Shown piece by piece: positions 40,101 through 52,100 of a stretch of DNA of 64,000 nucleotides. The notes below the pieces were generated by a model. It saw only the letters and a list, made by a program, of their open reading frames with translations, was not told the origin of the DNA and searched no databases. Every line of letters begins with the position of its first letter. The first letter of the stretch is position 1. The stretch spans positions 62,001-126,000 of the forward strand of contig NMRA01000439.1 in NCBI GenBank assembly GCA_002633005.1, given 5' to 3'. Made by a program: the position numbers and the translations under genes. This DNA comes from Phoronis australis (Eukaryota > Animalia > Phoronida).

Positions 40101-43100
40101 CAAACATGTCACACCTGAATCGGTACTGCAACACCACAAACGAGTCATTGCATCCAAAAAAGGAACTTAATTTTCCAAAAATTAACACAATGGTACACCA
40201 AGCTTAACTAGGATGCGTTTATCTGTTCCTTCTCTTATCCCATCTTGTATTTGGAAAATCAAAACCGCTAACCACCTGGGGTCGCATACAAGTAACAGGA
40301 TGGCATGACAAAAACCTAACCTGCCGGCATCCATTTGGTTTCTGGTGCACAGATGGACCAAACCAAATTTCACTTCTAGGCTAGACTGCAGCAAAATAAC
40401 CACCTCCTCGAAAACCTCCTAATCTAACTATGTCGAGCTCAAGGCCAGTTTCAGGATTTAACAGTCAGATAGATTTAAAAATCAACAACTCCTCTAATTC
40501 TCATCGTAAACCAATATTACCTTCATGTACTCATTTTCCCACTCGTTGCTCATGGATACCATAGACATGGTCTGCCTGAAGCTGTCGTCGCTCTGGTCAC
40601 CGTGGTGACTGTTACCATGCTTTTTGTGATGTGACATGTGACGGCGGAAAAAACTGCGGTGTCTCTTCTTCTCTGCACCTACAACCATTATAACAAACTT
40701 ACACAACATCTGATACCAAGCCTCGAGAGAGTATACACGAGAATGCCATAGCTGTAGAGTTTCCAATACATCAGTGCAACTTGGGTGCTTTTTTCAATAA
40801 TAAATGAAATATAGACCAAAAACACAAAACCCACACAGTCATTTTTTTCATAAGAGAATACAAAAGACTGTAACTACCTCACTATCAGTATGTTTTTTTC
40901 CGAAAGGCTATCATAAAATAACGTTGAGCCCTAGGAGACAACACAGTCAATACAGGCATAAATGACAGTTTAGAGTTATCATGCGAAATAAGCGATAAGA
41001 CGCTAGATCTAACCATGAACGGTGTCCTTCCCATTGTTTTCATGGGTCCCTTCGTTCTCGTCGATATCCGGATGATCCGACACACTGCTGCTGCCATCTG
41101 TATTTGGGGTCTCACTGGCCGACGAGATCTTTCGATTGAGTTCCTGCAATGTAAGGCAGTATGACATTAACGAGATCGTCACCATGACAACCGTTGCTAA
41201 GGACATGGTGAGCCGTGTCAAGTTTACAACACAAGATTAACTTGCGCTGCGTTTCGAAGGGCAAGTCACGAGAAAAGTGAGATCACGCAAGACATCAGGG
41301 CTTGGAATGACCCACGATAAAAAAGAGGAAAATTTTTCAGGTGATGTATCGTTCTACAAATAGGGTTATGCAATAAAAGTATCTTGTTGTAAAATTTAAC
41401 AGCAAGAAACGCTTCTAAATAAATAAAGTCAAAATAATGATAAACAGAGAAGAAAAAAAGAAACTGGAAATCAAATAAGATGAAATCAAAACCAAAAAAG
41501 GGAAAATCCTCCTAAAAGAGAAAAATTCCAAGTCCTGAAACATGCTTGGTCGGCGAGGCTGGAATGATGACTGATGAGAATAAGCTCTAACTAAAACACA
41601 CTATTTCCGTTCCATAAGCCAAGTGTCTCGCAAGTGTCTTACATCTACAGAACACAACACAGATGACAACTGTTGCGAAGTTAAGGTGAAACAAAGGACT
41701 GTTGAAAGCACAAGATCATCTCCATGGCAACAGCTGCTAAGCACATGGTGACAAGGCTATATAGTTCTACTACACTATGGAACCTAATTTGAAAATTATG
41801 TTAATCAAAGTTCTCTTCTACAACAAAGAGTATATACAACAAAAAAATCAAGTTTGTTTTTAGTGAGCATGAATCAGAATAGTTTGGCAACACCTTTTTG
41901 TAAAAACACCATTTTGATTGGAGTTGATTTGTGAAATGACTAACACTAGATAATCAAAAAAAATCAAAATCGTGTTTTCAAGCAGTTCAGTGAATGTGAA
42001 AGAAGGCAAATCATAGTTGAACAATTGAAAAATTACCAACATTACCAAAGAAGGAGTGAATTATGTACAGAAGAAAACAAATGATTTTTTCTAGCCCCAA
42101 AAATGAGAAAACAAAAAGAAAAATAACAATTTAGTTTGAATGTATGGCCTTAATATGACCAGGTTTCATTTGACTGGACAGTTAAGAAAACAAGGACTCC
42201 TATGTCACCTTAACTGTTAAGAATGAAATAAAGAATACAAACTTCAGAAACAACCCAGCTTCTGTTACATCGCTTTGTGGAACTATAGTGAATCAAAGAT
42301 ATAAAAAGAACTCATACAGCAATTTGATATGAAATAAACATATAATAAATAAAATGTAAACAACAAAATAAGCCATAGACTGAAACTGGTAAAAGACGAA
42401 GAAATGAACTAATCCACAGTAACACTAAGAATAAGTGGTCCAAAACTCATTTTTCTGGTGATGGCCAATCCAATTACCTTACAAACACTTGCGGTCCGGC
42501 CCGTTAGATGCTTGAAAATCGAACACAAAAAGGTTTCTAGACATCAACTTAACCTGACCATCAAACAGAGCCACCAAGGAAACAAGAAAATATAGGCGCC
42601 CGCTCGAAGGGGTCCAAAGAGCAGGGCCTTCTCAATTAATATAGGTGGCCCCACTTCTGAGCCCCAAAATTGAATTTCTTGCCCAGTCATTTTAAATAAG
42701 AATAAGTCATTTTAAATAAAAAGCTCTTATCAGGGCTTGACAGAAATCCACAAGCTCAGCAGTCAGCCTCAAGTGAACCATAGCTGAGCTGTCCGCTCAT
42801 GCTAAAGCGAGACGCATGGAACGAATTAGCAACTAGTTCATTTAGTTGTTGAAATTTCACACTTGGCATGAGCAGTCAGCTGAGTAAAGGTTCATTTGAG
42901 GCTGACAGCTCAGCTGTTCGCTATCAGCATGCACTGGGCCTAACACAGCAATAGACTAAACACATGACATTTTTGAGAAGTGGCTGCCATAGAAATTTGA
43001 AATTAAAAATCCATTTAATAAACGACCATGTTAAAACAAAGTTAACGAGACGTGTGGAAAACGTGCAATTTTCTACCTGAGTGTAACATCACAAATTGCT

Positions 43101-46100
43101 GTAACGCTTACCTGAGCTTAACCACATAGCCACTCGATGATGGACAACGTAGCCAACTTATCTCTTTGAAAGGTTTTCATAAGCATGTCAGAGCCGTTTG
43201 AGAATCACGCCATCTACACTTCACTAGCACCCAATCAGCTAACACCAGTCAATAGGGAACTCTGAAATTCACTAGGTGTCACTAGTGAAGCAGGGACCCA
43301 ATAGAAAAGCCTGTAGTCGAGTAATCATGTTTGACATTTATTCCACCAATGCCCACATGCTGATGAAGTGCTTTCTGCTCTCAGTCATTCAGATGTTAAA
43401 AAGGACCTTTTGTTACTAGCGCCACCTAGTGAATATCAAGTCCCCCATTCACATTAACGTTGCATCACACAACTAGTGCCAAAGACTAACGGTCATTCCG
43501 GGCAAAATAGTTCACAAGCCGGCAAACCACGTGGTAACCAACTTTCCTCTCTCACAAACCACAAGGACGCCCTCACTAACACCAATCTAAATGAAAATAC
43601 ACATTGCTCCTGAGCCAGGACAAATGGCTACCTTGAAGCATATCTACACCAAAATCTCAGGATTATTCCGTAGCTTACCTTTAATATCTTCTCAGCTTCC
43701 AGTGTGAACTGCAGCTCCTTGTTATTCAGCCAATGAACACTGAATGTTCCGTCATGCGCACTTATGGCAGGCATGAGGGGTATATCTGAAATGAACCAAA
43801 GCGACCAAGATGAAACAGCACTAGAATCCAATTCTACGGTTGCTTAATAACCAGACCTTCCCCTTAGTTAAGCCTGGTTAAATTTACGAGACAAGCGATC
43901 ACCAGTTTGAGAACTAACTTACTTAAACGTTATTTGGTGTCACACCTTCTTGCCACACTCAACAGAATTTATGACTTTTTGTAAAATTATGACATAGGAG
44001 GTCGTGTGGTCTAGTGAGTCAAGCGTCCGCCTCCTGTTCTCAAGATCGTGGGTTCAAATCCCAGTGGACCTCACTGCGAGACCATTGAGTCAAGTCTCTA
44101 GCTCCATAGCTGGGTCTTAATTTCTGTATATATGAGTGTGGGTTTCAGATGTTTCGTGCAATGGGCCCAGCTGACCAGCTGCGCACATCTGATGACATTC
44201 AAAGAGTGCAAAAGAGATCTATATCAACTATGCTTGGTGTTGGTTACAGATCATTTAGAAACGTTAAAAAATCTACACAATGCGGCGATATTGAAGTCAG
44301 ATGCTTCTATTAGGTTGTAACGCAAATACCTTGAGAAGATCAATACATTGTTATACAAATGTAGATTATCTCACATACATAGAAATACTACAGCCATATC
44401 CTATCGAGAATTCATTTCATCTGGGAATGTTCCAATGAGACCGTATGGTTTGGTTCGTTATATGACATATATAAAAATGTATATTTGTATATAATATTAT
44501 GTATATATGTGTGTGTGTGTGTGTGTGTGGGTGTGTGGGCGTGTGGGTGTGTGGGTGTGTGTGTATGTGTGTATGTGTGTATGTGTGTATATATGCCAAG
44601 CACGGTAACCCTGTCGGTTAAGTGGCAAGATTACCTGCGAAAGTGATCAATAACTAGTCAAGTTTTATTTCATAATAAATAAATAAGAACTTTCAGTTTG
44701 TGAAATACACAAGTTTAAACATTGAACCATTCAATAATATTAAAAGTTCATCGGAAACTTAGAAACGATGCATCCGGAAATATAAAAAATTTAAACATTA
44801 ACTGAACAGTTGCGCAGCAGTGTGTCGTTTAAACTTTGAACTTCTTAGTTTTCTTGGTCTATTTTCGTGTCTTAGCTTCTGGATTGAACACAGTAACAGA
44901 ACTATTTCCCCTCCACAGTGTATTCAATGGCCGCATTTACACATATATGGAATAATTATGTTTATAGGCATGACTTAATGACTTAGAATTACAAATGCCA
45001 AGAAAATATGTGTTGACCTTCTGAAAATGGCCTAAATACACATTATTAATACACATTATTCTGGAACTCATTGAACGGGCAAAATAATAACTAAAAAGTT
45101 AAGCGTAACTAACTATTTTACGTCAACGCTACGTCAGCCCTGAATTCTTTATATACCTGTCGTAGGATTAATGGTAGCGGCCAGGTGGAAATGAATGCCA
45201 GGCGTGATCCCGTTTTGATGGACGCCAAACTTGTGTAGGTCGTGTGCACTCATTGTACTCGACAACGAGGACATGATGCGCCCTCTCTGGTTGCCCTCTT
45301 TCTTGTGTTTCCGCCGTTTGTGTATGGCATGCCTACAACAATCATGCATGGTGTCGAACTGAACAATGTCTTGCCAAAAATTTAAACGGCATCTCAATGT
45401 AAATGCGTATTAAGGTTGGTCAGTGCCATCAAGGACTAGAGTTGCTGTACGTTACAATTTTAAAGACTTCCACAAGTCATTAACACAATATTTGATCAGT
45501 TAACATAAATTAAAAACAAACCTGTATTCAAATCTGTAGTGCTTTATCAATTACACAGTTGAGGACCAGGGTCAGGGGTTTCATCTCTGTACTCCAAACT
45601 CAACTAGAAATCTGACCAACTGCATGGCTTGCTTCAAGTAAACTTACAAATTTTATTAAAATCATGCAGTGCAAATTGTTACGTTTCGAGTGTGCGATCT
45701 GAGTTTCAGTCAAGTCAAAAAGCCCAGGATCATTTTCGACAAGGACAGTGATAACGATACCTGATATGAGTAAGTTTCTGCATGAAGCGATTCTTGTGAC
45801 GATGAGTCCTATACTTCGGGTTCTGCGTAGAGTTCAGGTCAAATTGTTGGAGATCGACTAGACCATTGTCTGGCAGCAGTGTCTCGCACCATATGCGGCA
45901 GATGCTATCACGGCACGAGGTTACAAGCATGTTGGCCACTGAGCCCCTGGCAAGGAAGATCTACTGTTAAGCAACTTTTGAAAAAAACTTAATGAACGTA
46001 GAAAACGTAGCCAATGGTAAAAGAGTTGTTCCAGACGTGGTAGAAGAGACCAAACACAGCTAGCAGTACGGAAGTATGTGCAATTAGTACAATCATGACC

Positions 46101-49100
46101 TGGCATTCACTTTGTAGACTTACCAAAGGCATTTGACAAATCAACGACTGATCATAATCAGGGTGGTGGGGGTAGAAGCACCTAGTTTAAACCACCTACC
46201 TAGGCATGTATTTACTGGTCTTCCTCCATGACAGACCCGTGATGGCCCGTGGGTGAGCAATGTATACAAATGAGCAGTTGGTCTCATGATGGCCGCCGAT
46301 ACTCTCCTGTCGGGATCCCGGCATTGAACCTGTGAATACAACGGGATTTTTAACGAAAAGAAACACAGTTACCACGGTATGATGAAGTGTAGTCAAGAAA
46401 TTAACTTTTGATTTATACCATTTGCCACTACAAAACTATTATCAACTTCTTCGTAACTCAGATACGGTGCGGTTTATGGGCTAGGGAAAAACTGAGAGTT
46501 CGTTGTTACTCGGTGCGTAAAATGATCAGCAGCGACAAGCCATCTCGTGGAGACTGGATTTAAGCAAGTGGTGATTCCAAAGTTTTTAAGCTCAGAAATT
46601 ACCTCTAACTAGACTAAGGTAGATTTTGAGACCAATTTCATAACCATAAGGGATATAATAATATAGTTTTTGTGAAAGACGGCAGGTTTAAAGTGACTTC
46701 AAGGTAAATCATTATGTAAATCGTAACTGAGGTAGAGCCTTGTTTTTAACAGAGACGTAAGAAATAATTCATTGTCCATGCAGTACAGTCAAACTTAGAA
46801 TATTTGAGGCAGATGTCCATATTGCCAAATTGTGGAGCTTTTATTTCACCAGAGCAGAGTAAGAAAATGACATTACATAGTTTCCAGTGAATGCAAGTCA
46901 CGTCCACAATACATGATGTGCACTTAAGTTGCCCGAACTGTAGACCACTTACATTGCTGCGTTTCATAAAATATCTTGACGAGACGGTCGTTTTTACCCG
47001 CCGATGCAAACAGCAGACCATCGGGTGAAAACTGTAGATAGTGAACAGGGTTGGCCGTCCTGAGTAGAAAAAACGTATGTGCAAACTTAATGCTTTCCAC
47101 TCAAGCAGGAATGGATATCACTTGGGGACATCAGAAAAAAAATGGATGATAGTCTGATATAGCGTGCCGACATTTGAGAACCAGTTTTCTCCACCAAATA
47201 ACTGGCATGAAACTGATTCTTAAAACGAGAGCATGTTACATCCGACTATAGCCAAATACTGAATACACCATAGTAGTGTTGGAGGTATAACAGAACTGAC
47301 AAGGTATTTCAAAAATATGGACAATGCATCACAATTATCACTTTTCGAATTTATCTCTCCTCTGTGGCGGAGGTAGAAAAACGCATCGTACGACTGAAGT
47401 GCTTTTCAAAAGGTAGGGCCGCTAGCATACTTCTGAGTCGACTTCTAATGATTGAATAACCATTGGGCACTCAGCTTTTCATGTATTTATGTCAGTATTA
47501 CAACAGTAAAACTGGTATTAGAATGAAAGACGGTGCTGTGGTTGCTTGAGAAGTGGCTAATACATAAAAATGACATTTTAACAATTCTGGCTCTCGTTTG
47601 AAATAACTGAAGATGTCACAGTGATTAGCACAAGGTTGCTATCACAACGCAGATCTTTAACCTTTACTAACCCTACCTGGTGTGCCAGATGCTCCTCCAG
47701 TGGGGGTCGCTACCATGCTCCTCAGCATCCCCCAGGCTGAATGAGACTCCTCCGTCCGTCTCAGGTTCGGTCTCCTCGTGCCACATGTGAATAGTGTCGC
47801 TCCCCAGTCAGCAGGCGTGTTCCTTAGCAACAGCAAGAAACAAATGGTAAATTAAAGGGTTCTATTACACTGGTATTACACACACTTAATTTGACAACAT
47901 GAAGGGAACCCGTCTTTTGAAAACAGGAAAAGATTGGCGAGATCACATCTTAACCTCGCAGCATAGTGATAACGTGCCAGAGACTACCTGAACCTAAAGC
48001 TGTTATCCCGCAATAATTTATGTTGAACAGAAGCAGTAAATAACATTGCCTATAGTTCAGTGGTTCGTGTGGTGGACCCGCAACTGAAAAGACATGGGTT
48101 CAATTCCTGACCGTGGAAATCAGGTAGTTATGCTTGAGCACGGCACATGACATTCATTGCTTCAGGCGACTCAGCCATACAAGAGTATCATGGCCTATGG
48201 CGGACTAGTGTCCTATGCAGTGGGGTTGAAAGATGCTAATCCACTCATGCCACAAACCGTGGGTGAACAGCTGGACCAATAAGCGTGTAGGGTCATGAAG
48301 GGTTTACTTTACTTTAAGCGTCACAGATACGAGAGATACAAATCAGGTAGTAACATTTGAGATCAGGTTATACAAGATGGCATGTCTCAGCACATCATTA
48401 AATGTGCCGTCCTGCATGCACTCAACGAACAACAAATGGTCAGTTTCTTGCAAATCCAGAAATTCCTTCTCACCTGAGTAATGAACAAGTTGAGGTAAAT
48501 TTACACCAGTAAGTGGTCCAAGTCAAAAATTCACATCTTAGACAGAACACTGGTTTACAGTCCCTTGAATCAAGATAAAAGGTACCCAAACTTATTCAAA
48601 CTTAACCAATATTACTCAAGCTAGAACAATATTATTCAAGCTTGGTCAATGTTAATCAAGGTGGGCCAATATTAATCAAGCCTTGTCAATATTAATCAAG
48701 CCTTGTCAATATTACTCAAGCTTTGTCGATATCAACTAAGGTTGACCAATGGTGATCAAACTTAGCCAATATTAATCAAGATTGGCCAATATAATCAAGG
48801 TTGGCCAATATTAATCAAACTTGGCCAATGCTTGCACAACTTGGCTAGCAATGTGGCAGATGTTCATAGCTTAGCACACTAAAGTGTACTGCACGAGCTA
48901 CTTTGTCACGCCCGAACAGGATATGTTCACTTTGATCACTAATCACAAAGTAAATTAATTTTGTGTGGTGATGGAATTCGCAAAGGATAGTAAGCTTGAC
49001 CCATATTTCTGGCCAGCAATCTTATTCAAACTTGGAGAAAAATTCCCAATAACGTAAATCCATAATCAGACCATTATACAGAAAGAATCACAAATTATGA

Positions 49101-52100
49101 GCAAGACTCACCCTCCAAATTCCATGACAATGTATTTATATAACTGTCCGTGGGTATAGTGCCAGTCTGATACCACTGGTAGTCCAGTTTCTGAAACAAC
49201 CATTGAATAGAAGAGCAATATTATTTAACGGTGCATGACTATTACAACGAGCAGGGTCTACACTTTCTGCTTCTCTTGTATTGTTCCATTCCACAAGTCC
49301 CAAGTCAACTATGCATACAAGTACCTTTGGATGCAATGAATTTCCATTATAACTCGCATTTTAAGGGTTGAAAGATCTTGGTAGGGTTTGCTATATAGTC
49401 GGTTGTTGCGTTATGAAGAACATAGGGAGAAGTCAATTTCAAAGATTAAACTTCAAGAAACTATACCAAAATTGAAGTCTATACCATAAGGTATAATGTA
49501 CACCATTTAAGCAATATGACTATCACCTTTGGACATTCTACTTCACACAATGGCTAGTAGCGAATATTTTGATTCAAGTTTGTAACGGTCACAAGTCATG
49601 GGTACTAATAAATCACTTCGTTATATCATATTTTGAAGCTGGAATTTTTGACCCGCCAAAGCAGTGCTCAATATTACAACAAATACATCGCCTTTGTGAT
49701 AAACACACATTACAGCTTTGCAGATTGATAACCAAACACCGGCACCAACCAAATGCAAAACCATTGACACGAATGACCCCTGGTGGATGAATGAGACTTA
49801 CATGAGGGCTGTCGTGGTACAGGAGTGGGGCAGGCTCGAATATGAAAACCTGGCGGTCATAGGCAGCAGCAATCTGCAACAAGTAACACAATCAGTCACG
49901 ACTTATGAACGTCTTTCTAAAAGTGTTTTGAGGGGGTGATGTGATACCATCATTTCTATAACTTATTGGTCTAATTACACCAACCTATTTAGACTGGTAC
50001 TGCGTTTTGGTTGATAATTTCTCCGGCCATCTTCAGGTGTTCCAGCGTGCTTAGAAGAGCGACCACGAGTGTATGGTACACTCATGGTGGTCAATGATGA
50101 GCAAGCTGCGATTGAACTAAGGACCTTTAGATTGTCAGTCCAGAACTCTAACCACTACACCACCAATGGCCAGAGAAATGACCAACCGAAACGTCATGCC
50201 AATGGCAATGTAAATTGGCTACAGGTTGGTGTAAATAGACCAACAGATTTTAGAAATGTTATGCCTTATCAAAACACGTAATTAAAGTGAAATTGTAAAT
50301 AAAACAAGCCAGGTCAATTAAAAAAGTCAACACAACCCACTTGAACTGACAAATACAATTGAATACTATTTCTATGGTGATAAGTTTGTTTCCAGGGAAC
50401 AATGTGCAGAGCACGAGTTTGAGGTTCACAAGTATTGAAGTCCAGTTGTTGCTACATGCCACAAATTCTTGATAAAAATTATCATGACGCCAAAATCCAA
50501 TACTATGTGAACCCATACATTCTTGATAAAATTATTATGACACCATCATCTAATATTATGCGAGCAGCTGTAATATTTATATAGAGTTATCTACAGACAC
50601 AATCAAGGGTTGAAGAAAATGATTTACCTAGTGGTAAAAGTCAGGGTACCTGAAAAACATGGTTCACAGACCTGCAAACTCGGCTAACTGACTAAAAAGC
50701 ATGACCCTGCACTAAAAAACATAGCTTACACACACAACATGACTCGTTGACTCACTTGACTAAGAATCATGAGCACAACATGGCAAAGAGTCAGCATGCC
50801 GTGTTTACAGATGCCAGAGGCGTGTGTGCGATTAGAAAGCCAAGCTTTTGGATGTTAGCCGTGCTTTGAGCGGGCCAATGTTTATGAGTCAGTAACCACT
50901 TTCAAGACTACATGAGCCATGCTACTGCTGTAGTCTGACTCTAATCTAAAGACAATAACCTCCAGATATATGGATAACAGAAGATATTAAGAATGGTTCT
51001 TCATCAATTTAAATACTTTAATAAACTGCTCTTGAATTTTTCCACATATATTATGCACTCATTTTTCTCCTGCCAATANCCCGCTTAATAGTTTGTTCCT
51101 GTGAGAAAATCTACCTCGAATTAGAAAAACCCATGTCTGCGGAAAACAATGTTATCAAACAAATCAACTGAAGAGTTTTGCACACTAATAAATGTAAGGC
51201 GATAAGTCTTCTAGACAGTCAATAAACATCAAAAGTTTCTTAATGCAATCATAAGCATCAGCGTGGCTCAGTAATGAAGAAAATTAAGCTTCAGAATCCG
51301 TTCTGTATGGGCTTTTAAGCAAATTTAAAACGCCCATTTGGACCATGCTACAAGGCCTAAAGCCAAGTCTGCAAGTCACAAGTTTGGCACTAATTTGTGC
51401 AAACGTCTGTATGCAGCAATTAACAAAATTATATCACCGTTTGCTTAAACTGTATATCGCAACATTGCGAGATGTTAGCTGGAAATCGATTTGCTAGTCA
51501 CAACATTGCGTGTTATCAGCAATTTGCATTTGACAATAACTATAAAGTCTGTACCATAAAGAGAGCAAAATGCTGGTATATTAATTAGTATTGATGTGAA
51601 TCAGCTGTTCTCATTTCACATCTGCCTCCAGATCACAGCACCAATTATTTCAAAAAAACTTCTAGAAGTTCAAATTACAAACTAGATTACCCAACTACAA
51701 GGAACATGTCTCAAATTTTTCCGTGCTGTAATGGGTTGTAAATTTAGTAGCCAAACACAGGTAGTAGAAAATCGAAACGATTCCATAGCCGTGTTACGAT
51801 CCTGTAAACTGCAGTGGCAGAGAAGCGATACAGAATCCACACCCAACTGATCCTCGGGACTGGAGCTCGGTCCCCAGGACCAAGGCTAAGACATTGGCTA
51901 TGGAGCACTTGCCGCATAACAATACAATGGGTTTAGGGTCTGCTGGTCCGAGATCGGAGTTTAAAGGAACCTCGCTGGAATTTAGAGGCATGGCCATGTA
52001 ATTTTTTCCACCTGCTGAAATAGATCATTCGAGGCATCGACAAGGAAAGAAGTGCCAAGAATCCCCCACTCAATCAATAATCAGAGAATTACGCTGCTTG

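Noticed and set aside
43112-43175. Strong donor CAG|GTAAGC in the intron after exon 10
   Set aside because: No convincing acceptor giving a frame-preserving stop-free exon
43998-44070. tRNA-like sequences (also ~28575-28630, 48048, 50100)
   Set aside because: A/B boxes present but stems are broken and SINE bodies follow; not functional tRNA genes
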